Translations under genes and position numbers: made by a program
In this document: piece after piece, positions 9,071 through 18,300 of the stretch
How the letters are laid out: every line of letters starts with the position of its first letter
How positions within the stretch are numbered: position 1 is the stretch's first letter
Sequence record: DRR723986_1341
Length of the DNA stretch: 35,763 bases
Direction: 5' to 3' (one strand)
The notes under the pieces: generated by a model
Database searches by the model: none
Told to the model about the DNA's origin: nothing
The model's input: the letters and a program-made list of their open reading frames with translations, nothing else

Positions 9071-9994
9071 GTGCAGGCAAAGATCCGAACTCCGACCGGC
9101 GACAATACAAACGGCCATGCCGCTATCGATCTCATTTCCGCACTCCGCGATCACGCCGGCCAGTTTCCGGCGCGGGAACAAAAGGTTGCGGACTACGTGC
9201 AAAAGCATCTGTCCGCCATTTCGGACATGACGATCGCCGAACTGGCAAAAGCCTGCGGCGTCAGTACACCGACCGTCGTTCGGTTTTGCAGGACACTCGG
9301 CTGTGACGGTTTCCGGGAATTCAAGCTGCGTCTGGCGCAAAACCTGGCCGTCAGCCTGCAGTATATTTCCGCGCCATCTACCACCGAACAGGTTGCCAGC
9401 GAAACGGCGATCGACCGCGTTCTGGGCGCGCTTTATGCGACCGCCAATGTCATGCGGCAGCAGGTCGATCCGGCCGTTATCGAGCAGGCCGTCGAAAAGA
9501 TCGCCAAATGCCGGCAGCTTCTCACCGCCGGGATCGGCGGTGGGTCGACGATGGTGGCCGGTGAAGCGGCGAGCCGCTTTTTTCGCCTCGGGATTCCGTC
9601 TGTCGCCCTGCACGACAGCTATCTCCTGCAGATGCGCGCGGCGACCCTCGGGCCCGACGACGTTCTGCTGTGTGTCTCCGCCAGTGGCGAAGCGGATGAA
9701 CTGGTCAGCGCGGCCGAGATTGCCGGCGGCTATGGGGCCACCACGATCGCGATCGCACCGAAAGGCTCCCGCCTTGCAATGATTTCCAAGATCCCCATCC
9801 TGGTCGATCTTCCCGAGGACCCGGACATCTTCAAGCCCACCGCCTCGCGATACGCGCACCTGGTGATTGTCGACGCCATCGCTATGACGGTCGCCCAGGT
9901 CCGGGCCGCCACCACAAGCGAGAACCTGCGCCGGATCCGCTCTTCCCTGACCGCCTTCCATGGCCGTACCGGACCTCAACCTCTGGGCGATTGA
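9071..9994 (+). CDS. MurR/RpiR family transcriptional regulator (HexR-like; HTH + SIS domain)
   Basis: 'MTIAELAKACGVSTPTVVRFCRTLGCDGFREFKLRLA' RpiR HTH; SIS domain GIGGGS, VSASG, 'PTASRYAHLVIVD'. GTG9071 follows GGAGA; the ORF track starts at TTG9020. Confidence 0.92.
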   Translation: MQAKIRTPTGDNTNGHAAIDLISALRDHAGQFPAREQKVADYVQKHLSAISDMTIAELAKACGVSTPTVVRFCRTLGCDGFREFKLRLAQNLAVSLQYISAPSTTEQVASETAIDRVLGALYATANVMRQQVDPAVIEQAVEKIAKCRQLLTAGIGGGSTMVAGEAASRFFRLGIPSVALHDSYLLQMRAATLGPDDVLLCVSASGEADELVSAAEIAGGYGATTIAIAPKGSRLAMISKIPILVDLPEDPDIFKPTASRYAHLVIVDAIAMTVAQVRAATTSENLRRIRSSLTAFHGRTGPQPLGD

Positions 9995-10140
9995 GCCTCA
10001 TGAACACACGAAACTGTGCCGGCTTGCCAGAAACCGCCGCAATCTGATGTGAAACTGAGAGAAGCCGATTGCATTTCTTACAACGGTCACCCTATGTATG
10101 TTATTGGTTTTCATAAGCTCTTGTCGGGGACATCGTATTC

Positions 10141-11127
10141 ATGTCGGTAGATGTTGACGCGCTGGTAGACAGACGGCGCCTCAGACGCAAAGTGACCTTC
10201 TGGCGGATCGCGACTTTTGTCGTCATCGCCGCGGCACTGATCGGGGGGCTTATCTACGTCTCCGGCGCTTCGGAATTGTCCAAGCGGACGGCGCATATCG
10301 CGCGCATCCCGATCGAAGGCGTCATCCTCGAAAGCCGCAAGACCCTGCAGATGATCGAGAAGATCGGCAAGTCCGATGCGGTCAAGGGCGTGGTGATCTC
10401 CATCAATTCTCCCGGTGGCAGCACAACCGGCGGCGAAGCGCTGTATGAAGCGCTGCGCAAACTTTCCGAAAAGAAGCCGGTGGTTGCCGAAATCCGCACC
10501 ATCGGAACCTCCGCGGGCTACATGATCGCCCTTGCCTCCGATCACATCGTCGCGAGATACAATTCCATCACCGGCTCCATCGGCGTGCTGTTCCAGTTCG
10601 GCAATATCAGCAAACTGATGGAAACGGTCGGCGTGGAAATGGATGCGGTCAAGAGTGCTCCGCTGAAGGCCGAGCCCGACTTCTATTCCCAGACGAGCCC
10701 CGAGGCGCGCGCCATGCTGCAAAAGCTCGTCGACAATTCCTACGACTGGTTCGTTTCACTGGTCGCCGAGCGGCGATCTCTCGACATGCCCAGGGCCAAG
10801 GAACTTGCAGACGGCCGCATTCTGACGGGCCACGATGCCCAGACGGAAAAGCTGATCGATGCCATTGGCGGCGAAGATGTCGCAATCGACTGGCTCGTAA
10901 GCGAGAAGGGCGTTCCGAAAGATCTTCCAGTCGTCACCTGGAGCGCCAACGAAAATCTGGAAGAGCTGCCGTTTTCCTCCCGGGTCTCGCGAGAGTTCGG
11001 AAAAGGCATCGGATCGGCCCTTCTGGAGCCGGTTAGTGAAGCTAAGGGGCTGATTCCACGAGGGCTTACGCTTGACGGGCTCGTATCCGTTTGGCAGGCT
11101 TCTGACGCGGCAGACAATAATCCGTAA
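10141..11127 (+). CDS. sppA: Signal peptide peptidase SppA (S49 family)
   Basis: INSPGGS, GTSAGYMIA, TGSIGV motifs and N-terminal TM; upstream of ihfB as is typical in Rhizobiales. Confidence 0.95.
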   Translation: MSVDVDALVDRRRLRRKVTFWRIATFVVIAAALIGGLIYVSGASELSKRTAHIARIPIEGVILESRKTLQMIEKIGKSDAVKGVVISINSPGGSTTGGEALYEALRKLSEKKPVVAEIRTIGTSAGYMIALASDHIVARYNSITGSIGVLFQFGNISKLMETVGVEMDAVKSAPLKAEPDFYSQTSPEARAMLQKLVDNSYDWFVSLVAERRSLDMPRAKELADGRILTGHDAQTEKLIDAIGGEDVAIDWLVSEKGVPKDLPVVTWSANENLEELPFSSRVSREFGKGIGSALLEPVSEAKGLIPRGLTLDGLVSVWQASDAADNNP

Positions 11128-11142
11128 GCGAGGGGGCACTTC

Positions 11143-11442
11143 ATGATCAAATCTGAGCTGGTTCAGCATATCGCCGAACAAAATCCGCATCTCTATCAGC
11201 GGGACGTTGAGAACATCGTCAACGCCATCTTGGATGAGGTTACCGAAGCGCTCATGCGCGGCGACCGGGTGGAGTTGCGCGGCTTCGGCGCGTTTTCCGT
11301 CAAGAACCGCCCCGCGCGCGTCGGCCGCAATCCGCGCACCGGTCAAAAGGTGGAAGTGGACGAAAAGTTCGTGCCCTTCTTCAAAACCGGCAAGGAAATG
11401 CGTATACGGTTGAACGATGGTGTGGACCACGGCGACGACTGA
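11143..11442 (+). CDS. ihfB: Integration host factor beta subunit
   Basis: MIKSELV...[22 protein letters not shown]...[14 protein letters not shown]. Confidence 0.97.
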
Positions 11443-11506
11443 TTGCGTTTGCCACGGCACGCCATTTAAAATCGACTTCTGATCTGGCCAAAACCGGGAG
11501 AACCCA

Positions 11507-11872
11507 GTGACCCGTTTCCTCAAGAACGTGATCTTGTTCGTTATCGCGGTTGTCCTGATCCCGTTGTCGGTGGCGAACCGGCACACGGTCTCCCTGTCGC
11601 TCAATCCCCTCGACCCGCAGGACCCGCGCCTGACGATCCCGGACATTCCGCTGTTCTGGATCATCTTCGCAAGTCTGGGTGTCGGCATCATCGTCGGTGG
11701 ACTTGGCGCATGGGCCAAACAGGGCCGCTGGCGCAAGGAAGCACGCGTGAAGCGCCGGGAAGCCGCGAAATGGCACAAGGAAGCCGACCAGCTGCGGGAA
11801 ATGAACACCGCAGGTCAACCGGCATCCAATCTCAAGGGACTGGCAGGACCGGGCAACCGCAACGCCGCCTGA
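11507..11872 (+). CDS. lapA: LapA/DUF1049 family membrane protein
   Basis: Two TM segments with 'VANR..V..SL.P' followed by a basic coiled tail; directly downstream of ihfB. Confidence 0.8.
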   Translation: MTRFLKNVILFVIAVVLIPLSVANRHTVSLSLNPLDPQDPRLTIPDIPLFWIIFASLGVGIIVGGLGAWAKQGRWRKEARVKRREAAKWHKEADQLREMNTAGQPASNLKGLAGPGNRNAA

Positions 11873-11887
11873 CCGGCCGACATTACC

Positions 11888-12796
11888 ATGCGTATTATCT
11901 CCAGCGACGAGATCGATGCCTGCCTGGAAGACAGGGCCGTTCTTGAAACGCTGCGCCGGGCCTATCGCTCCAGCACAGTCGCGCCCAAGGCATCCCCCTT
12001 GCCCATCGGTCGGCTGAACCAGCAACTAGGCGCGCTCACCGTACAGCCGGCCTGGACTGACTTTACCCAACAGGGCGACGTCAAGCGCGGCTATATCGGC
12101 TGCTCCCTGGCGCTGGATCTACCCGAACAATCGGGCCTGTCCTCCAGTCTCTACCTTTTGTTTTCCGGTTCCGGCGGACAACCGATAGCCCTTCTGGATG
12201 GCATGCGCCTTACTGTCTGGCGCACGGCCGGGCTGCATGCGCTCGGGGCAAGTTACCTGTCCCGCGAAGACACGTCCCGCCTGCTGGTCATCGGCGACGA
12301 CCCAAGATTGCCCCGGCTTGTGTGCGGTTATGCGGCCGTGCGCAACCTGACGTCGATCCTTCTGGCCGGCGTGTCGCCGGAAATCCAGAAAAGGATCGCC
12401 GCCTTGCCCGCGCTCAAGGGGGTCAATGTCGGCATCACGAACGAGATCTATGCCGCGCAGGAAGGCGCGGACATGATCTGCATTGCCGGTCCGGAAAACG
12501 AAACAGGCACCCATCACGCCCTCACCTACCTGGATCCTCCTGCAGGCTGTCACGTAGATGTGCTGGATCCGGAAGCACAATTGCCGACAGAACTGCTGCA
12601 GGAAGCACGGCTGTTCACCACCGACCTGAGCGAACCGCCGCGGCCGGATCTTGAATGGGCTGCCGACCTGAAAGACCTCACACAGGGCACGAAAGCCGGC
12701 CGGCGTTACTACGGCCAGCGCACGCTGTTTTTGCCTGCCCCGCGCACCGGGCTCGCAGACTACGCACTGGCTGCACACGTTTTTTTGAGGACGTGA
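11888..12796 (+). CDS. Ornithine cyclodeaminase/mu-crystallin family protein, divergent
   Basis: 'YLLFSG..GQPIALLDG..LT.WRTA...ALGASYLSRED.SRLLVIG' matches the OCD family; the NAD-binding glycine motif is degenerate. Confidence 0.8.
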   Translation: MRIISSDEIDACLEDRAVLETLRRAYRSSTVAPKASPLPIGRLNQQLGALTVQPAWTDFTQQGDVKRGYIGCSLALDLPEQSGLSSSLYLLFSGSGGQPIALLDGMRLTVWRTAGLHALGASYLSREDTSRLLVIGDDPRLPRLVCGYAAVRNLTSILLAGVSPEIQKRIAALPALKGVNVGITNEIYAAQEGADMICIAGPENETGTHHALTYLDPPAGCHVDVLDPEAQLPTELLQEARLFTTDLSEPPRPDLEWAADLKDLTQGTKAGRRYYGQRTLFLPAPRTGLADYALAAHVFLRT

Positions 12797-12799
12797 CCT

Positions 12800-12827
12800 C
12801 TGGAACTCGTGCCTGCGCACACCATAT
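12800..12827 (+). promoter_or_regulatory. Putative RpoH (sigma32)-like promoter
   Basis: CTGGAA-N16-CCATAT, compared with the alphaproteobacterial RpoH consensus of about CTTGAA-N15/16-CCTATAT. Confidence 0.4.
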
Positions 12828-12938
12828 CCCGGAACAGCAGGGGGAATCCATGAAAGCGAGCACCCGAAAAGGGTCGCCCGGATGACGGCTTGGCCGCCAT
12901 GGGTTCGCTTTCTCATTGGTATTTTGAAGGAGCATATC

Positions 12939-13031
12939 ATGCTGACGACGCTTGCCTATTCGGCAAGCCTTCCGGCAATCGCAATTGGGCTGATGTACTA
13001 TGTGTCGGCCTGCTCGGGGCTTGTCTACTAG
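12939..13031 (+). CDS. Small hydrophobic protein, 30 aa (MLTTLAYSASLPAIAIGLMYYVSACSGLVY), absent from the ORF track
   Basis: AAGGAG at 12927-12932, 6 nt before ATG12939; TAG at 13029-13031; no charged residues. Confidence 0.6.
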   Translation: MLTTLAYSASLPAIAIGLMYYVSACSGLVY

Positions 13032-13137
13032 TGCCTTGATGGCACCCTGGCCGTTCGACCCTACGGGCGAGACCGGCTGCCTCCAAAGGTTTGGCACGTT
13101 CGGCCGATCGCGCCAAACCCGTCATACGATAATCGTG

Positions 13138-13166
13138 AAGCCGATTCCCCGTGGGCCGGCTTTTGT
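13138..13166 (+). terminator. Putative intrinsic terminator downstream of the small ORF
   Basis: AAGCCG-attccccgtgggc-CGGCTT followed by TTGT. Confidence 0.45.
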
Positions 13167-13214
13167 CGTTTCTGGACTGTCCGCTGAGGCCACGGGACGG
13201 AAAGCCACCCCGGC

Positions 13215-13847
13215 TTAGCTGGGATCTGAACCTGTTCCAAAACGGTGTCCGGGCAAGGTCCAGCCACGCAGGATCGCTCCGCCGCGCAAGATCAGCGCAC
13301 AGCTTGCGGCAAGGATCGCGGCAAGGATTTGCGGCGCGCCCAATTGCACCAGCACAACAAATCCACCCGCACCAGCAAAGGCCGCACCGACATAGATTTC
13401 CGGCTTCACGATGGAGGAAGGTTCACGGGCGATGGTGTCCCGCAGGATGCCGCCGAAAGTTGCCGTCGAGACACCCATCAGGATCGCCACCAGGATCGTG
13501 TCTCCGACAGTCAGGGCCTTGGCAGCTCCCATGACAGAATAGGCCGCAATACCGATGGCATCGGCCCATCTCAAGGGTTTGCTGAGCTTTTCGATCCACT
13601 CGGCAAAATACCAGACCAGCGCGCTGACGACGAAGCACACCAGCAGATACCATTCGTTCTCCACCCAGAAGACCGGCACACCCAGCAAAAGGTCACGCAG
13701 GGTACCACCACCGATCCCCGTCAGCGTGGCAAAGAACAGCAGGGCAACGATATCCAGCTGCTTGCGCGAAGCGACGATGCCGCCGGTAATGGCGAATACC
13801 GCCACCCCGAGATAGTCCAGCATTTGCAGCAGCATTCCGTCCCCCAT
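13215..13847 (-). CDS. Trimeric intracellular cation channel (TRIC)/UPF0126 (YadS-like) membrane protein
   Basis: Internal duplication 'FAITGGIVA...GIGGGTLRDLLLG' / 'DAIG...GAAKA...ATFGGILRD'. Start 13847 or 13835; the track start at 14084 is unlikely. Confidence 0.9.
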   Translation of the reverse strand: MGDGMLLQMLDYLGVAVFAITGGIVASRKQLDIVALLFFATLTGIGGGTLRDLLLGVPVFWVENEWYLLVCFVVSALVWYFAEWIEKLSKPLRWADAIGIAAYSVMGAAKALTVGDTILVAILMGVSTATFGGILRDTIAREPSSIVKPEIYVGAAFAGAGGFVVLVQLGAPQILAAILAASCALILRGGAILRGWTLPGHRFGTGSDPS

Positions 13848-14082
13848 GGCCACTTTCTTTCCGAAGGCAGTACCTGAGGTCCGGGTCTTTGTCATCCCGT
13901 AGCATGCCATGCCGGCGCTCAGCCCTACGTCTGAGGGCCTGCATATCTCGCTCAAGGGATTAGGGAAGTTCGACCAGACCGCTTTCTGGAAAAACATTGA
14001 TCGTTCCCGGCTGTCGTCCTCGCGCGTCGCATCGACGGCAGGACTGGCTCCCGTCAGCTGTGTTGACGAAACGGGTTGCCTC

Positions 14083-14123
14083 AAAGAAAAGGGGCCACTC
14101 CGCTGGACGCGGAGCAGCCCCTT
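14083..14123 (-). terminator. Intrinsic terminator of grpE
   Basis: Minus strand AAGGGGCTGCTCCGC-GTCCA-GCGGAGTGGCCCC-TTTTCTTT. Confidence 0.85.
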
Positions 14124-14146
14124 CGAAGCTCTAGGGTCGGTTGAAC

Positions 14147-14770
14147 TCAGGCGTTCTTGTCGACCGTCTGTCCGGCTTCAGCCGACGCCGCAACATCCTT
14201 CGGGCCACCCTTGGAAACGCCGACCATGGCCGGGCGCAGCACGCGGTCGCCAATGACGTAGCCGGCCTGCATGACCTGTACGACCGTGTTGTTCGGCACC
14301 GCGGTGTTCGGCACCTCGAACATGGCCTGGTGGAAGTTGGGGTCGAACTTCTGGCCTTCCGGGTCCAGTTTCTTGACGCCGTTCTTTTCAAGCTGCTTGA
14401 GCAGATCACGCTCGATCATCTCGACGCCTTCGATCAGCGAAGCAACACCCGCATCGGCGTTCTTGCGGTCATCTTCCGGCAACGCCTCAAGTGCGCGGCG
14501 CAGGTTGTCGGAAACCGTCAGCATGTCACGGGCAAAACCGGACACGGCGTACTGGCGGGCGTCCTTGACTTCCTTTTCCGTGCGGCGGCGCAGGTTTTCC
14601 ATTTCCGCCATGACGCGAAGCGCGCGATCCTTCAGATCCGCGTTTTCGGCTTTCAGAACTTCGATCGGATCGACACCGGCCGCCTCGACAGCTTCCGGCT
14701 GTTCCGCTGCTGCGGTTTCCGGCGTTGCTTCTGCCGGCTGCTCTTCCGGGGTTTTGTTTTCGTCGCTCAT
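14147..14770 (-). CDS. grpE: Nucleotide exchange factor GrpE
   Basis: [54 protein letters not shown]. Confidence 0.97.
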   Translation of the reverse strand: MSDENKTPEEQPAEATPETAAAEQPEAVEAAGVDPIEVLKAENADLKDRALRVMAEMENLRRRTEKEVKDARQYAVSGFARDMLTVSDNLRRALEALPEDDRKNADAGVASLIEGVEMIERDLLKQLEKNGVKKLDPEGQKFDPNFHQAMFEVPNTAVPNNTVVQVMQAGYVIGDRVLRPAMVGVSKGGPKDVAASAEAGQTVDKNA

Positions 14771-14832
14771 GAATGATCCGTTTGCTCAGACTGTTTGCGG
14801 GTGCTTATACGACCGGTTGGCGTTTTTTCAAA

Positions 14833-14875
14833 GAGCATCGGCGGATAGGCTTTCGCTTACCCGCCGGATGCGCTC
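14833..14875 (-). terminator. Stem-loop after trxA (probable terminator), abutting a candidate grpE promoter
   Basis: Minus strand GAGCGCATCCGGCGGGTAAGC-GAAA-GCCTATCCGCCGATGCTC-TTTG; then TTTGAA-N17-TATAAG (14832-14804). Confidence 0.55.
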
Positions 14876-14915
14876 ATATGAACCGCAGCCGGTCAGCCGC
14901 AGATATATTTCGGAA

Positions 14916-15236
14916 TTAAAGGGCGCTCTTGATCCAGTCGGAGAGTTTGCCCTTCGGCGCTGCACCAATCTGGGTTGCCATCGGCTCGCCGTCCTTGAAC
15001 AGGATCAGCATCGGAATGGACCGAACGCCGTATTTCATGGCCATGTCCTGGTTCTCGTCGATATTGAGCTTGGTGATCTTCACCTGGCCGTTCATCTCTT
15101 CGGAGATTTCTTCAAGAGCCGGAGCGATCATCTTACACGGACCGCACCATTCGGCCCAGAAGTCGACCACGACCGGGCCGTCGGATTTCAGGACTTCGGC
15201 TTCAAACGAAGAGTCGGTAACTTGTGTGGTAGCCAT
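14916..15236 (-). CDS. trxA: Thioredoxin
   Basis: [15 protein letters not shown] active site. Confidence 0.98.
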   Translation of the reverse strand: MATTQVTDSSFEAEVLKSDGPVVVDFWAEWCGPCKMIAPALEEISEEMNGQVKITKLNIDENQDMAMKYGVRSIPMLILFKDGEPMATQIGAAPKGKLSDWIKSAL

Positions 15237-15321
15237 AACTAGATCTCGTAGGTCTCAGGATCGCGCCTACCCGATGTAAGCGCGTCAGTTGGCAAGAACG
15301 TAGGAAGCCGAGGGCCTGCCG

Positions 15322-18300
15322 TCAAGCCGATGTGCCGTCAGGACGCAGTCCGGCGAAGGTTTCTTCCAGCACCTTTTCGGGGATTTCCATCAGGCTCGGC
15401 ACGGCGGTCCACAGAAGCTGGGCGGAAATCTCCCTGTCCGGATAAATCTGCTTCAGCATTTCCCTGTAAACACAAAGCTGTGCGCGGTACTCGAGCGGAA
15501 TTTCGGCAACTGATGCCGACGGATGGAAATTGGTCTTGTAATCCACAATCACCACCCGGTTATCCTCAACCACCAGCCGGTCGATCTGTCCGGATATCTC
15601 GACTTCCGTGCTGTCGCTTGCCCGAATCGTCCCGACCAGCGGCACTTCGGCGCGGGCATGACCGCAAAACAGCGTCTCGAATTCCGGCATCTCTAGAATC
15701 GCAGCCACTTCGCGCAGAAGGTGAGGCATGCGCTCGGCAAATTCCGGCTTGAGGGCCTGCTTGAGGTAGGCTTCCGAAGCTGCCATGCGGGCGTCTTCAG
15801 CCAAGTCCGGCAACAGCTCCAGAAGCCGGTGGATCAGGCGACCGCGTTCCAGGGGCCAAGAAGCAAGATCCCTGCCCGCCTGCAGGCGAGACACCGCAGG
15901 CACCGGTTCGATGCCTTCCTTTTCCTCCATCGCCTCGAATGCCCGTGAGGGCTGAAGGCGTTTCTTCCTGGCAAGCGGACGGACGGGGCTGGAGAGCCAG
16001 TCCGGCAACGGCGGTTCTTCGCTGCGCGGCTCTGCGGAGGTATGCGACGCCGCGCCTGCCTCGGGCTCGGCGATGACGCCATCCTTCTGCCAGCGCCAGG
16101 CGGAGACGGATCCATCCGTCGCGGTCAGTTCGCGCGCCTCAGGCTTCAACGCCCGTGAGACCATCGAATACCAGCAGTTCTCGTGGGCACCGCGTTTCGG
16201 TTCCCAGCCGCAGACGATCAGCCGGTCTTCGGCGCGGGTCAGAGCCACATACAACAGGCGCCGGTATTCTTCCTCCTGCGCGTCCCGCAGGGCTTCCACC
16301 GCCGCGTCGTGCCAGGGTGTCCGGTCCGCCTTGGGCGGCAGCCAGACCAGAGCCGGTGGCAGAAGATCGTTTTCCAGACGCTTGCGCGGCAGGAAGGCCG
16401 GATCGTGGATTGCGCTGACGGGGGCTGCCCCCGGATCGACCAGAACGACGATCCGCGCTTCCAGTCCCTTGGAACCATGCACGGTCATGATGCGGACCAT
16501 GCCCTTGGTATTGGTCAACTCACGCTTGATCTCGGTCGGTGCCGCTGCCATCCAGGCAAGGAACCCTTCCAGGCCAGGCGTGCCGGATTGCTCATAGGCA
16601 ATGGTGAGCGCCAGGAACTCGTCCAGAACGTCATCGACTTCCACGCCGAGGCGAGCGCGAAAAGCTTTCCGGCCACCATCAGCCCCCAGCAGCCGGGCAT
16701 AGAATTCGTAAGGCGGCACGAAGTCGGCGCGCGCGCGCCAGTCTTCCAGCCTTGCGCGCACGGCCTTCCATTTGTCCGAACTGTCCGACCGTTTCACCAG
16801 CATCTGCCACAGCGTTCCGGGCCGCACCCTTTCCGGCGTTTCCCGGGCAACCTCCAGCAGGTCGTCGTCCGTCAGGTCGAACAGCGGGCTCTTCAGCACG
16901 CAGGCAAGCGACAGGTCGTCTTCCGGCAGCAACAGGAACCTGCCGAGAGCGGCAAGATCCTGAACAGCGATATGGTCCGTCAGAACAAGGCGGTCACTGC
17001 CGGCAGCCGGGATATCCAGCTCCTTCAGTTCCCGATTGAGCGCTTCGACAAAAGGCCCGCGCTTGCGCACGAGGATCATCACATCGCCGGGATTTGCCGT
17101 GCCATCGCGCATCCATTGGGCAATTTCAGCAGCTATACGCCTGGCCACCTTCAGCATCGGGCTGCCCGAACCGACGTGGTCGATCGGCTGGCGCCAGTCG
17201 TCCGGCTCCTCGATCTCCGCCTCGGCCTCCAGTGGCCACAGATCAACGATCCCCGGATCGCGCCGGATGGCTTCATGGACCGGCGCCTTCACGTCCTGCG
17301 ACAGGCCTTTGTGGGCGCTTTCGTCGTGAAACACCTTGTCGACCGCTCCAAGAACATCCGGCGTGGAGCGGAAGGAGAGCTGCAGATTGACGGAATGAAA
17401 CTCAAGCTCGGCCGCCTCGGCCTTTCCGGAAAAGGCACGGCGCATGGCATCGAAATAGGCCGGAACAGCGCCCTGGAACGAGTAGATCGACTGTTTTTCG
17501 TCGCCCACCGCAAACAGCGTGCGGACCCGGTCTCTTGCACCGGTCCCGGCGAAAAATTCAGAGGCAAGCGAAGTCACCACTTCCCATTGGCGCGGGCTGG
17601 TGTCCTGAGCCTCATCAACAAGGATATGATCAAGCCCCTGGTCGAGCTTGTATTGCACCCAGAGTGCGGCGTCCGACTTCTGCAGCAGCGTTGCCGTCTT
17701 GACCACCAGATCCTCGAAATCGAGATAGCCGCGAGCGGTCTTGGCGCGCTCATAATGACCGATCACCGCGTCGGCGAGACGCAGCAGGGCTGTGGTTCCC
17801 TCGTAGGTCGCCACCTTCCGGCGCTGGTCCAGCAGTTCCAGCAGGCGATGTTGTTCCGCCTCCAGCGCCTCAAGCATCTGGGGGAACGTTTCAGCGACCT
17901 TCTTGGTGGCGAGCGACTTTCGCGGCTCAAGCTTGGCTGTCAGGAAAATCGCCTGCCAGGCCTCGCGGAAAGCGGTTATGTCCGTGAGCCTCGCGGCGGC
18001 AACCAGATCGTCCGCACGCGCCTGATCGGTCTTGGTGCCGGTTCGCAGTGCCTCGGCATAGGCAAGACAGGTGTTCAGATCAAACGGGCATGCGGACCGA
18101 AACTGCTCGTCGAAATCCGCGAGCCTCAGAGCCGGGTCGGTTTCCAGAAGACCGGCAAGCTCGGCAAGCGCGGTTTCCAGATCGCCTGCATCAACCGTCC
18201 AGCGGCGGAAGGCGTCACGGCTCTGGATCAACTCGTCCAGCGCTTTCTGGGCGCCGCCGTCGCTCATCAGATCAATGACAGATGCCAGTGCCCTGCCGAA

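Noticed and set aside
12797-13214. Candidate for tmRNA, RNase P RNA, SRP RNA or 6S RNA given the gap size
   Set aside because: None of the hallmark sequences is present (GAGGAAAGTCC, TCAGGTCCGGAAGGAAGCAGC, tag-peptide frame, tRNA-like ends).
13850-13900. Possible glycine riboswitch ahead of the TRIC gene (CTCAGG on the minus strand)
   Set aside because: CCGAAG is on the opposite strand and there is no GGAGA core, so the aptamer cannot form.
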